Shown: positions 39,981 to 55,469, numbered from the stretch's first letter. The stretch is 64,000 nucleotides of DNA from Octopus sinensis (GCF_006345805.1 NC_043005.1:39680001-39744000), one strand, 5' to 3'. The notes: generated from the sequence alone by a model not told the origin. Numbers and translations: made by a program.

Positions 39981-42314
39981 TTTTCATACTTACACATGAA
40001 TGCGCAATAATAACACCAAAAGGTTTTACGAGCTACAATTAAGTTTATTATTTAGTTTCTCTGCGACACTCGAAATTATTTAGTTCCAAGAGACATTTCA
40101 TTTCCCAAATATGAGTTTTATCTATTTTCAAGAATCGTATCAAAGACAAACCAGCCAATCTAGATGCAATCGTGATTTCTGATTGAATTTACCATTGTTA
40201 GAATTTTTATTTATTTATTTATTTATTCTAGTTCAGACTTCGCATTAACCTCTGTTCAGAAATGCTGACAATTTATTGTATGAGCAAAATAGTTGAAAAC
40301 TGACAGGGTGGAGGGGAGGGAGGCATCAACTCTACCGACACCGGAAGCCAATTGTCTCATTTCAGTATTTATGTATTTATTTGCTTATTTATTTTTCCTT
40401 GTCTTCCATGAGACAATTTATATAATATCAACACATGCAGCTGGGCAAAATATTGCAGCAGCAGCAACAGCAGAGACAGCAGAAACAACAGCAGCAGCAG
40501 CAGCCGTTCAAGAATTTGGACCTGGAGATCTACATTTCCAGCTACTTCGAGGGCCACCTCCCAGTGTGTCGGGTGTCAACGAAGAGCCCTCGACTACAAC
40601 AAGACGACCAAAGTTTTTTTTTCCAAGGTCTGGGGTCTCCCGCCCCTAAGCCCTAGACCATCACCTAATCACCCTTACCCGTCCTGTTGCTTAACAACAA
40701 CAACAACAGCAGCAGCAACATCAGTGGCAACCTTAGGAGTTGCAATATCAGCACCATCAGCAGTAGTAAAAGCAGTAGAAATAGCAGCTGTAGCGGCAAC
40801 AGCAACATCATTTCTTTAAAATATCTTTTAAAATAATGAAGAATTCAGAAAATAAATAAGTCCTTATCAAGCTGATATTTGGAACAGGAATTAATATGAC
40901 ATTATAATGGAATGTTTTAATTTAGATCACGTTAAAAATGGGGAGTTTGTACCATAGAATTACGAGCGGTTTCAGGCAGGTTGGTATCAAAAGGGTTAAA
41001 ATGATTTATTTTTACATCTTCTCGAAACGTCAACATTTTCATGATCTAAATCATTTATACTTTATGGCATCCGAAAACAAAAGTTTAACTATTGATAATA
41101 ATTCATAGTAATAAACATATCGTAGATTTTTTTTAATCTATCATTAATATTTAGTACAACTGAAGCTCAATGAACAGTCGGTATATTTACATGAAGCAGC
41201 CAGCTGAAAATTATTTCAGCTTCTTTCACCACGTGGTGAAAATAAACTAATTATCTTATCAATGTCTACTGCAAAATACATTAATCAGTTCTAAAGCTGT
41301 AAATTCTTTTACCCGACTAAAACTATTAAATATTTCAACAGTTTGTTTACGAATGTTTCACAATGTGACAATGTTTTGTAAAAGTAATACTTAAGTTATA
41401 ATGTAGGCTATTGGAAAATATTTTTGGACAAATAAGTTTCAATAGGAAGTAAACATAAATCGTGAATTGATAGAGTGACAGTTCACCGTCAACAGCTCTT
41501 TATCCAGTAGCTATATCATTTTGTGCCACTATATAGACAGCTAGTTTCGGAGACAGAGTGTCAGTTCATCGTCAACAGTTCATAGCATATATTGATAGCG
41601 TGTTGTGTTACTGTCCTAATATCTACGGTTTTCATGTAGTCTTACAGCTTACTGTCATACGTTGTAGAGGACGGATTATATATTAATAATGAAGTATTTC
41701 ATTTAATTCATAATACTGTGTTCATCGCAGGGAACAAGATACGAACAGTTGTTCCTTCAAGTAACAATATGATACTATATTGATTCGGCCAACGTCAACT
41801 TTCTGCATAAAACTTCATTAATGAAAAAAAAAAAAGAATTTCTTAGTAGCCCAACCGGCATCGAGATAAACATGCTGCTATGGTTATATTGCATTTAACC
41901 ACTTTAAATAGTATCAAGCGCATCAAGTGAGCTTGATACATTGAGCATCTCCTATATACGTGGTTAAATTTATCTCCCTTATTAAGACATAATTTCTCTG
42001 ATTTAAAGTATAATGTTATAATATCTATGGCTTTTTCACATGCTTCAGCAAAATTACATCAATAAGAATTCGAAATTGTGTCGCAGATTCGACATGGTGA
42101 GAATCTTAGTTTACTCGAACCAATGAAAGTATCTTATATACTTGCTCAACCTGCTACAATTAACAATCAAACCTAAACTCTCTTAAGATGGCTGATTATA
42201 TCGACGTAAGTAGTTTTGAATATTTTTTTCTTACAAAAGAAAACTAGATTCTCCTGTCTTTTATCTTGAATCGCGGTTAGATTATATAAGTTCGACACCG
42301 AAACAATAAAGTCA

Positions 42315-42534
42315 CCTTCTCGAGTCATGCCGACTCATAAGGGCCGGTTTCCTGGTTTCCCTGCCGTATAAATTCCCCACATGGACGGACGCCGGTCCGT
42401 CGCAGAATTACTCATTTTTGCCTGCTGAGTGAACTGGAGCGACATGAAATGAAGTGTTTTGCTCAAAAAACATAACGAGCTGCGCGGTATAGGACTCGTG
42501 GGTCCAACACTCTAACTACTAAGCCATGCGGCTC
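42315..42534 (-). mobile_element. tRNA-derived SINE of a second family
   Basis: Minus-strand head GAGCCGCATGGCTTAGTAGTTAGAG, body TTGAGCAAAACACTTCATTTCATGTCGCTCCAGTTCACTCAGC; 3' tail shared with 58813-59107. Confidence 0.7.
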
Positions 42535-43392
42535 TAAACTGAAAAAATATACACATTTCAAAGGCATGATACTGTGGCTTTTGTCCGAGAGAAAATCTCT
42601 TCATAGATATGTATTAAATACGCAAGATATATAGAAGCAAGATATCCATCGTGCCAGCAGCGACCCAAGAAAACGTCAAACATATTTCGACTTCTTAAAA
42701 CCTATCAATTACGTATACTCGCTAATTACATGCCAAGGGAAATATGTTTTCTCCGATATTTAGGGAATAGAATATAAAACATTTACTGACATTGCAGATA
42801 GCCAACAAGCACTGGATTGGCTCAGGGAAACACAGAGCTCAAGGAAACCCAAACGCATTTGATGCTCTTGTGGACCATTGCTGGAACGATATTCATCTCG
42901 CAGCAATATGTATAGTGTCTTCAACAGCATTTCTAAGAAGAGATTTTCTCTCAAACAAATACCTCAGTGTCATGCCTGTCAAAAGTATGTATACGTTAAG
43001 TATGATACATAGATGACTATTTTAATTCAATGTTGTTTCAATTACATGCATCGACTAAAATATGTGTTCTAAATCAAACTCCATATATGGACAACATTAT
43101 AAAGCTATAATTTGATCTAAAGAGTGATATGGTTTCTATAATATAATACATATAATCAAACAACACTATTTACGGAAATCACCTAAAAAATCAACAGTAT
43201 ATCGGAAAGAATAGCTATAGTAATGACAGCAACGACGATAAAGATCTTCTCAAGTCAACAACGCTGCATAGAATACATGATACATGAGAATGTCTAGTAG
43301 GATTTATGACCTCATACATCAGGTACATATATCAAAATTGATGCTAGAAAAATATTTGGGAACGATTACCCAACAGAAATTCCAAAATTCTA

Positions 43393-43443
<51 letters not shown>

Positions 43444-45258
43444 ATAATGCGTATATGTATATAATGCGTATATGTATATAATATTGTGATTATGTTTCGC
43501 TATATATGGATACAATAATCACATGTATTAGTTCTATTTCACTTTTAATATGTTATTATTCTATGATTAAATCAACTCGGTCCATCAGTCCCTTCGTCTC
43601 AATTTGTTACCTTCCCAGTGACACGCCCTCTCTACTTCTCGTCTGTTGGCCTGGAATTGTTGTAATTTGAAACTCACGCATCATGAGAAAAGGACTTTTT
43701 TCTCCATTTTCCATTTTTTTCTTGTATTCTCGTTTCATGCTATAAAAATTAATGTTAGAAAAAACATTTTTTACCAAAACATTTATTCTACACTTTTGTC
43801 CATTACTTCGGACCCTCTTCTTTTTCCATGAAATATGGGACTTCGAAGGACAGCTACTTCAAAATCTTGTCGAAATAAACATATCAGTTGACTAACTGGT
43901 TCAAAGTTCTGCTTAAATGCACCCCACTAATCGTAAGTACAGAAGAATAACAACCGTCACGCTCTGACCGACATTGCCATGCAGAAACAGACTGACCCGT
44001 GGAGGCGATACATGTCTAAACTCTTATATGTTTATTGGTTCTCAAAGAAGTGAAAGTATGCTGTACCAAACCGCATGTATTTCGAAAAACAGTCACAAAA
44101 GAAGAAACAGAGAATGAACAGTATGCAGAGTAGCCCACCTTCACCAAAATTTTTTACCTCTTCCGTTCTTCAGCTACCAAAAACGCAAGAAGGATATCCA
44201 GAAATCCAAAACTAATCTGCTCGGAAGATTTGATCGGTTTTGAGTTTGGAGATTTCCCTCAAATATCTTCTGTTCGTTGCTGGTTGTACAATTGACATTT
44301 TTATAGCAATAAATCTGTTAGGCCAGAGCTGATTTGGGGTTATATAAATATAGTAACGTTACGAAACCTCCTGACAAGTTAAACTCGCTTTTTATTGAGT
44401 AAACTAGCTATTACAGACAGTTTTTTTAGGCGACCTGGTTCTCGAGTGATGCACAAACAAACACACACGTTTTATATATATATATATATATATCTTGTGT
44501 CTATGTGCATATGTGTTTGTGTGTTTGTATGTAAGTGTATATGTATGTATGTACGTACGAAGAGAAAGAGACGGACAAACAGAAAGAAAGAAAGGGATTA
44601 TTTACGTTGGCTGTCACAAACAATGGTGTTTTAAGTGCTTTTCATATATGACCAGAAGCCATAATAATTTAAACATTTTAAAAGAACTGATCGCAACACT
44701 ATTTGGTGAGGGAGCCATCACAGTAGAAAGCGATGGAGGAAAGGAGAGAAAGTGGATGATTAAAGGGCTTACATTTGCTTCTTTTCTTTCTTTGTTTCGT
44801 TGTTTAAAATGCTATAACACTATGCAATGTCGATCAAACTAAGACACATTCTGAAGAGCTTTCACCGCCATTACAAACAAAACTTGAAAAGAACAACTGA
44901 CATCTGATGCGAGCTTTGTTTTAAGGTCATTTGGAAATGTTTTCGGACTTTCAATGGCTTTGTTTTCAAAACGAGGTTACTTTAGTACGAACAGGAAACA
45001 TTAAATGACGTTGAAAAACATTAAGAGACATCGCGCAGTAATTGTAGTTAAGTCTGATGAAAGAAATATATAAATATATGTGTGTATATAGATACTGTAT
45101 TCGATGTATGCCTGAGTGTGCGTGTTTGTGTGCGTGTGTGAGGTGTGTGTATGCACATATACACATACATACATATATACATGTGTATATGTGTTAGTAT
45201 AGACAAACATATTTATATATGTGTGAGTGTGTGTGTGTGTGTATGTGTGTGAGCATGC

Positions 45259-45291
<33 letters not shown>

Positions 45292-45377
45292 TGTATACAC
45301 ATAGCTAGTATGCAAGTGTTTATGTGTCTATACGCTTTCCGGCGGAGAGGCAAATATAATGTACACACACACACACG

Positions 45378-45409
<32 letters not shown>

Positions 45410-46326
45410 CGCGCACACATACATATATGCATATATATATATAGAGAGAGGTGGGGAGAGAGATAGACAAATAGAGGCACAAATTGACAGAGACAAAGAC
45501 AGGCAGAGAACTGCGTGCGTGTGTATGTGTGTGTATGTATGTGCATGTGTGCGTATAGGCGTGTGCGCGCTTACGTGCTCACGTGCGCTCGTGTATGCGT
45601 GTATGTGTGTATGTGTGTAAGTCTACGAATTTTAGTTAATCGTTACAAATAGTTTCAATACGGCTTGGGACACTCGAGTAAACAATAGAACGGTGTGTTA
45701 TATGTTGTAAATTATGTTTTACTACAGAAACATAAAGGCTAATATATTTATGCAGATACAAAAGTTAACATTTTAGTGTTGCGAAAATGAGAAATAGGTT
45801 ACGTTCAGTCGTTTCTCAAAGGTTTTAAACAATGCGACTGATGTGGCCGCGTCCAAAGAAAGAACGGGGTTTTTATGACTTGGTCAAAAGAAAACAGACA
45901 GCGAGTATGACCTTTCCGCAAAGCCCTTTTGACATGTGAGAGAAAGAAGTTTGAGGATAAACAACAGCTCATTGGTTGATCGAAGACCAGATCGGAAATT
46001 CTTACATCTTCCGATATAAATAATAATTTAACTATACCGATATTTTAATATATGTAAGAGTATGTTGTTTTGCTTTGGTGTCCGTTGTAAGCAAAAGCAC
46101 ATAGCAAGCGAACAACATAAAATAATTGGCACTGATTGGCACTGTGTATGAGTGCGCGTCAATCTGTATGTGTAATTCTGTTTGTATGTGTGTGTGAGTG
46201 TGTGTATGTATGTGTGCGTGTGTTTATACACATACACACACACCCATATGTATATGCATTTTCCTTTATGTGTGTGCGCGCGCGTGTGTGTGTGTGTGTG
46301 TACATACGTATGCTGTGTGTGTAGAC

Positions 46327-46341
46327 AGATAGATAGATAGG

Positions 46342-46386
<45 letters not shown>

Positions 46387-46447
46387 GGATGGATGGATGG
46401 ATGGATGGATGGATGGACGGACGGACGGACGGACGGACGGACGGACG

Positions 46448-46494
<47 letters not shown>
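46327..46494. repeat. Stepwise compound tetranucleotide: (GATA)n-(GGAT)n-(GGAC)n-(AGAC)n
   Basis: Direct reading; each block differs from the next by one substitution. Confidence 0.9.
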
Positions 46495-46497
<3 letters not shown>

Positions 46498-48067
46498 TTT
46501 GTGTACAGGAGGAAGAAAATTGGCGCAGGAATACATGCAAATTACCACACCATGATATCGCGTGACCGGAGTATGGTACTCTATGACTAAAAGACGTGAA
46601 ATATAAAAAAAAAACATACACACCATAGAATCGTGATTTTCAAAGAAAGTTGACATGACAGTCATATGTTTTTATTTCTTATACTCATAAGAAATGTTCT
46701 TTCACAACTTTTTACAACTGTAATTCTATTACTTGTTTTTGAGATTTTTTTTTCCAGATATCTCGTTTAAATCATTATATACATTTGATAAGAGTGAGAA
46801 AATATTTATGGGAAATAATTTTAATTATTCCTGTATGAGTGTAGATGGTTGTTTTTTTATATGATGCATTTGCTAGAATTATTTTGAAGAAATAAAATCC
46901 AGTTTTTTTCTTCTGTTTGTTCTTTTTTAATTTCATAGATTTTTTCCTTTCTTTCTTTCTTCATTGATTTCTTTCATGTAAGTGCTTCATACTACCAAGT
47001 CTAATCTACCCTTTGTATGGGTCCACCATTTCCAAGATGTAGAGCATTTGTTTCACCGTACTTCAAAGCACATGAAACCCGTTGTATGAAATGGCTGTTC
47101 ACTGCAGTCATCGACACTCCCTTTCTTTGCCATGTTATAGTTAACTTCCAAACGAAGACTAATGCTCCAGGGTGATCACTCCTATAGAAATCATCACAAA
47201 TGGGCCAAAGTCAAACAAATTCTCAGTTAATATCTTTTTTGTCCTTCTCCGCCTTCACATGATTGATATCCGTCCTTCAGAGATCTTAACAGCTATCGCA
47301 TACTTTCTTCCTGACGTATATCAATCTGTTCACAGTCGACTTTAAAGGAATGTAAACTCAATCGCTTCTGTTTATATCACCATTAGTATTTATTGTAGAA
47401 TGAAAAGGGCGGAGGAAAAAGATGCAGGAGGAGAAGAAGAAGAAGAAGAAGAAGAAGAGGATTAAGTGAGACGCGGAAGAGAATGGGGGAACGACGGCAA
47501 GGATGATGATGAATAGAAGGAGAAAGAGAAGCAAAATGAACAGAAGGAGGACGAGGAGGATAAAGTGAAGAAGTGAGAAGAAGAGGGACGACGAAGACGT
47601 GGTAGACGAGAAGAGGAGAGGAAGGAGGAAGAGTGGAGGAGGACGGGAGAAGGAGGAGGAGCGGAGATGGAAGGTCCACACAAGAAAGGCAGGATGGTGA
47701 ACGAGAAAGGAAAGATTCTAGATTGTGACATATGACTCGGTCAAGTTTCCCAGAAAGCCCACGTCTATGTTGCTAAACCATTATCACCATCGTTTCTTGA
47801 GGGACACATCAAGCTACAGTGGATATTCTTAATGTAAAGATGTATTGAAATAATTAATTAACCTGAAAGAGAAATTGGTGGGATAGGAATTGAAAAGTGT
47901 TTTTAAGCTTTAGTAAATTGGAAAGACGAACCACAAAATTGGATTTTAGAAACAGGAGCAGGTAACATCGTCTACTACGTTACACGGTCAAGACATACAC
48001 GCTCCTGGATACACTCGTACACATATATACACGCTCACTCACATACACATATACATATACATATACT

Positions 48068-48144
<77 letters not shown>

Positions 48145-48949
48145 GGGTAGTGCACGTGTGGAATCGTTAGAGCCTCAGTAAAAGTGATTTCCAGTAAGTG
48201 TGGCAATTCTTTGAACTGTAAATCCAAATCGCGGTGAGGCCAACTTTAGTTTTTATCTTTACAAGGTCGATAAAATGAAGTTACAATTCAAATCCTGGTT
48301 GATGTTGTGTGCATACCCCCAGACGATGAAGTAGTCTAGCCCAATACGTTGATATAGAGGGAGAAGTCTAGACGTAGAGAGTTGAGTAGAGGTCATCCGA
48401 AAGTGCGACATAACAGTTGATTTTATGATCATAAGGGAATGGGTTCGGTTTATAAACCACGAAGTGTAGTGCATTGTATCTTCGAAAAAGACACTTCATT
48501 CTCACGCTGTTCCAGTCTGATAGCTAAAACGAGTACCATCCCAGAGCTGGTAGCATTCCTTTCTTCCATCCACATTTCTAGATGTACCTCTGTCTCAAGA
48601 GCTGAGACCGTTGAGATGGTATCTCTGACCGCCCGCGGGTACATAAACATGTAAAACAATTTACAAAAACACGGTGCATGCTACCAAATCAGATTTGTTT
48701 GCGAACGACGCCTACAGTGGCAAGGACGACGTCCACGGTGGCAGTCGTATATCAATTGTTGTTCAATATTTTATATTTTATATTTTATTATATTTGTTTA
48801 TGTATACTATAAAATTATAGGTGAAGTATTTTCCTTCGTTCAAAACCAGACCTGATTTTGCATTATATATATACTATGATTTAATTATTTCCTTGTTGAA
48901 TGGGTAAAAGGTGATTTTTTCTAATTTATGTACATACATACATACATAT

Positions 48950-48982
<33 letters not shown>

Positions 48983-49004
48983 TATATTATATATATATAT
49001 ATAT

Positions 49005-49065
<61 letters not shown>

Positions 49066-49339
49066 ATATATATATACATATATATAAGAATTCGCCTAGC
49101 AGATAATCTTATTTGCTAAAGAAATTTGAAACCTAGGTATAACTGCAAAAAATAACAAGGTAAAAGTTTTTATTTTTCAGTCCCTTCGAAAATTGCTATA
49201 AGTTGTGGTTTTGGCCGTTTTGGCTGCTTCTTCTAGCATGTAAAATTACCTGTTAAAGGGTAGTTTTTCTTTTGTTTAAAATGTACACTATTTTATAATA
49301 AGTATATATATAATATATATATATATTATATAATATATA

Positions 49340-49385
<46 letters not shown>

Positions 49386-49737
49386 TATATATATGCTCTT
49401 TTTCACGCAGACCAAAAGTCAAGCTTATTATGAATGAAATATTACCATAAACCACTGTCTTCACTCCAGAACTGTTGCCAAATGCGTCAGAATGGCCAAA
49501 GTTCAGACTACGCCAAACAACACATTGCTGTTTACTCAGCTCAAAAAAAAAATCCGCTCCTTCCTCACAAACAGAAAAAGTGACAACGTCAAACAACCAA
49601 GCAAATTACATCGCTGTTGTTTACTCTAAAAGATCTTCGCAAAAACTCTCAGACTTGTGGAATATGATTTATGAATCAATAGCTTCATCCTCCTTCACTC
49701 TTTTTCACTTAGTTTTTATCCCTCTCATTGCACACAA

Positions 49738-49775
<38 letters not shown>

Positions 49776-49959
49776 GTAGGTGCATATATATATACATATA
49801 TATACACACACAAATTTTTACATCTATATATGCATATACATATTTATGTATACATACTTATGGATGAGTACATATTTATATATATATATATATATAGTAT
49901 ATATATATATATATCTATATATATATATATATATATATATTTACATATATATATAGATA

Positions 49960-49997
<38 letters not shown>

Positions 49998-50113
49998 CAT
50001 ACATATATATATAACTCACATATATGCATATATACGTTTACGTGTGTGTGTGTATACATACATATAGATACATATATAGAGACAGACAGACACATAGACA
50101 GACAGACAGACAT

Positions 50114-50144
<31 letters not shown>

Positions 50145-50167
50145 CACCGACAGACAAACAGACAGAC

Positions 50168-50236
<69 letters not shown>

Positions 50237-50292
50237 TAAAATAATCTATTCCTCAAATTCACAAAGCTATCCGCCGGGTTGTTGCTAATATG

Positions 50293-50412
<120 letters not shown>

Positions 50413-50988
50413 CAGAGTATTATTAATTCTACGCTACTATGTAATTTATGATTTTTCCTTCAGGTTTCCTTTTCAGTAAATCATATTTTGTGACAGAAGG
50501 ATATCTACTAAAACTTCTGCAGGATATTGTTATCCTATTTTCTGATAGCACTGGCTCTATTTATTTATGTGTATATTATTGAGAAGTACAGAAAGCGGTG
50601 ATATGATTAAGGTTCGAGAGATCCAGATTAGTTGCTTTACTCTATTCTGTCTGCTAACTAAATTTTCCATGCTTAAATCAAGCATGATTGATTTTGCTTT
50701 TCTTTCTTGGTAATCGATAAGAATAAGCACACAAAAATACGGACAGACATAGACACACACCCACACACATACAAACACACAAACACACACTCACAAATAT
50801 GTATATATGTATGTATGTATTTCCTATAGGCATAAGTGTATATGCAATTGTGCTCATATGCCGTGATATACGCATTATAATTACAACGTACATGTATGTG
50901 TATACGTAAAAATACACGTACACACACACACAGATATATAAAGGTAAATATATACAAACTTATCTATACATATATATTTACGTATAAA

Positions 50989-51028
<40 letters not shown>

Positions 51029-51074
51029 TGTGTGTATGTATATATATATGTATGTTTGTATGTCTGTCTGTCTG

Positions 51075-51167
<93 letters not shown>

Positions 51168-51491
51168 TTAGCTGCCACTGTAGAATACAAAAGAAAAACA
51201 CAGCAATTTAGAGAATTAGTTCCGTAAAGATTTAATCTTATCTAATATAAATATGAATAATGTTTAAACTTTCGTAATAAAATATTTTACAATAATTTCA
51301 GGTCTGTTTTACATGGGCTTCTAACGAACCAACTGTTCCCTCCCGTTTACGACTTTCTATCATTGGGCTGAAGTATCAAAGTTATTAATAGAGTTGGGGT
51401 AAAATTTTAATCTGCAATCTCATTCATATTTAATCTAATCCCATGTGTAGATAGATATATAGATATTTAATCTAATCCCACGTGTAGATAT

Positions 51492-51602
<111 letters not shown>

Positions 51603-52500
51603 TAGATAGATAGATAGGAAATATTTCTTTTTTCACACGTGCAGATGTGTATAAATGTAGAAAAGAACATGAAAATGCACTTGGAGTCTTTAAAGGAATT
51701 TATTAATATTTGCTTAAGAAAATGCACTTGGAATCTTTAAATAGATTTCTTAACATTTATATAAGCGGTTTCACAATTTCCTGATTTTCGAAAGTAGCGT
51801 GTAAGTCCTGGTGCTATGCCGTGTTTACCTCGACAATAATATGTATGTGCGTTATTGAGAAGTAGGGTTAGTGCTTAATAAATAAAATATTTGTAACTCA
51901 CTAACTCTGAACAATCAGAGCTTAGAATTGCGTGATTAAAATTGATTAAACTTTAAAAACGTGGTGTCGTGACAGAAAGTGTATTGAAATCTAATACTAT
52001 AACATAATATATTTTAAGAGGTATTGAGTTAGCAGAAAATGAGGAAAAAAATACACATTGAAGAGATGCGGACATGTGTCAGTGTGTAGCAAACTATCGG
52101 GAGTTGATATTTTTTAGGTGAAATCTTTTCAAGATTTTGAAACGCTGTAAGACTAAATTCACTAGTTCTATGCGCTAAAAAATCTATGACAATGAAGAAA
52201 AGAGTTAAAAGTAATGCATCTTCAATACAATACAGATTTTCTCAGGGATTCCAGGGATACTTTTTCAGCCAAATTATCGATAATCGTAAAGCTTTGCCGC
52301 CACTCGCGAGAAAGTATGAGCTGATAGTTTGTCTTCCACTTTTACTACTTATATTTGGTGTTTCTGTAGTCGCGCAGAGACATAGACGTCTTCTGGATCC
52401 TCAGCGAGCCAAGAATGTGAGGCCACTTGAGTGTCTTTGTCCCGTCAATACTACAAAAGCAGCTCAATATTCAGGATGTGATAGTTGGAGGGAGAGACGA

Positions 52501-53890
52501 CTACACTAGCAGTCGGTTGGTAACCATTGTCAGCGGAATAGAATAGAGCAACGGGAAATGATGTACTTTGCTTAATGGAATCTTGCGTAATTCCTCTTGT
52601 CGGATATGTTGCCTGTGGATTCCTCCACGTTGGCAGAGGGAATTATTTGTTTCGCCAATGAAATTTTCTTTGCAGCTTGGGCAGGTAAGGCAGTATATGA
52701 GGTTTTGCGTGTTGTAGTTCATATCTGCATTTATTTTGAAATGGGATCTACTCTTGAAATTTAAGTGGGAACCACTTTCTAAGTATTTGAAGTTGTTGTT
52801 GTTGCATGTTCCACATCTCCTATTTCGACATTCTTTTACTAAGAATTCTGATTCATTCTCTGATTTGAATTCTGCCCTTGTGAGGTGTTTTTTAAGATTT
52901 TTTGGTTGGCGTCTACTGTTCCGTAAGGTGTTTTTTTTCAATCAGATTTTTCCTTTTGGGACATTGTAGAAGTATAGGTAAGTTCGATTTTATGGCGTGA
53001 AAGATGTAACGAACGGAATAACAGAATCTGTTTTCATTAACCTTTTCCTTAGGTGTCCATAGTTGGTGGTGTTCAGTTCCATTACCTTTTTAATTCCCTC
53101 ATTAATTAATCCTAAGGAGAATTTCTGCATTGTGAAGAAACCTTTGAGTTCGTTGAGTCGGATTTCACGTATTTTGGGGTCAGTTAATATAGCACAGATG
53201 CGTCTTTCCATGTTGTATGGGATGTTTCTTTTGATGTCTCATGGACGGCAAGATTAGAAATTAAAATATTGGTGTGTGTCAGGTTTTTGTAAAATATGTC
53301 TGTTGTGACGGTGGAGTTCTGTATTTTTATGTAGATATCCAGGAATGGTAGTTCATTGCAATTGGATTCTATCGGGAAATTGATGGATGAATGAAGTATG
53401 TTCAGTATATTGTTAAATTTACTTAGATCTTCATTCGATCTATCCCAGAAGATGAAGCAATCATCAAAGAAGCGTTTCCACTTTTTAATGATATATTTCT
53501 TATACTCCTGAGCAAATGTTTTTTCTCCTTCCTCATAAAGTTTTTCTTCCAAGTATCCCATAACTAAGATTACATATGAGGGCGCAAACCGCGTACCCAT
53601 AGCCGTGCCCTTTTGTCTGTTGATATGCCTTATTGTCGAATCTAAAAGTATTTTCTTCTAGTACTAGGGGCGTGGCCTTGGTGATGAAGTCAGTTTTGAA
53701 GCGTTCATTTATCCGTCCTCTATGTTTCTCTACCCAGTGTTTGATTGCTTCTTGGCCTAAAGTATGAGGTATATTAGTATAGAGATTGGTGACATCAAAA
53801 CTTGTAAGTATAGTACCTTCTGCGGCAATGGGAGGGATATGTCGGATGAAATATACGCCCGTACTTAACTGGGTATTAAACGGCAAGAAT
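52501..53890 (-). mobile_element. Penelope-like element (Neptune-type): RT, Cys motif and GIY-YIG, frameshifted
   Basis: SFDVTNLYTNIPH; GTAMGTRFAPSY; WKRFFDDCFIFW; LPFLDI; CRNRRCGTC linker; NLIYCLTCPSCKENFIGETNNSLCQRGGIHRQH. Split over at least four frames. Confidence 0.92.
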
Positions 53891-54703
53891 ATAAGTATTG
53901 AGGAAATATAATAATTTCGCTATGTAACTCTTATTCAGCTGCGGCATAATGAGTAAGTACGATGTGGTAACATGCACGATGCCTTCGGTATTTTCTGAAG
54001 ATTACTGTGTAGCTGCGAGTACACAGACCCCTTCCCGCACCTTTCACTCTTAACTCTGCAGAAGATCCAGTACGAGAGGTAAAAAGGTTATCCCAACACT
54101 GGGCAAGCATTCCTTTGCAGCTGAGTGGAAAGTCAGACGAAATACCTTGCTCAAGGATACAATGCGCTGCCTGCTCCAGAAATTCAACCTACGCCTTTAT
54201 TCTCAACCTAATCACAAGACCACTAGCTTTCACAATAAGCTAGATAAAGAATAATGCATATCAAAATGTATAATGAATTTCATAACTGAAGTTGCCTTTT
54301 AGATTGCGTTTTTAACTTCTTTAAATTAAATTAATCATCTTGGAGTTAACTTCAAGATGGTTGTCTTGAAATAAAACAGGCAGATATTAGCCAACTTATC
54401 ATGAAACTCAGATATTAGAAACTGAAATTTAAATATTTATGCTTCTTAATAATCACCAATTAAAAGGAACCAGTAAAAGAATACATCTATTTGAAATTTG
54501 AAAACAGAGTTTTACGCTGTCCTTGCATCCACTACCCGCGGTTTTTTGTGCTTAAGTGAATCATTTTACTTCTTTTCCTTTTCTACTACCGGTTTCCTTA
54601 CTGAATTTTGACCTCTGGATGATGTGAAGTTACTTCTAAAGAATTACTAAAATAATCTATTCCTCAAATTCACAAAGCTATCCGCCGGGTTGTTGCTAAT
54701 ATG

Positions 54704-54811
<108 letters not shown>

Positions 54812-55425
54812 CAGGCAGGCAGGCAGGCAGACAGACAGACAGAGAGACAGACAGACAGGCAAGCAGACAGACAGATAGATAGAAACAGAGACAGGGGAAA
54901 ACGGAGAGAGAAATAAAGAGAGATATCTGTCTTTCCAGTTTTCTTGACTCAACTTGTAAATGCTGTATATTCCTCAGACATCTAGCCATAAGGAATTTTC
55001 AGACAGAATCAGATCAGAGTGACACAGACTGTGAAAAGATACATTTGAACTACAAGAAGAATCAACGCGAGAGGCTTTTATGCTGTTCCGTCGACCAAAT
55101 TTAACGCGCAGGGTATTGGTCGACCCAAAGCTATAGAAAATAACATTTGTTCCAGAAGCCACACAGTTGGATAGTACCCGGTATTTTGTGATTCGAAAAG
55201 AAAGTAATAGATATTCAGTCCTACTACTCCCTTGTATGTAGGTATCTATGGATGCATGTAGTTAAATATGTATTTATTTATGTATGCACGCATGTACGTA
55301 AGCATGCATGTACATATGTATATATGCATGAAAGTGCGTACGCATGTATGCTTGTACGCATGTATATATGTTTGCATGTAACAATGTCCATATATATACG
55401 TATATACGTGTCCACACACACACGC

Positions 55426-55469
<44 letters not shown>

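Noticed and set aside
52330-52410. CTGAGGA...GAAAC on the minus strand downstream of the Neptune element
   Set aside because: The intervening hairpin is not flush with the core and there is no stem III/NUH; probably chance.
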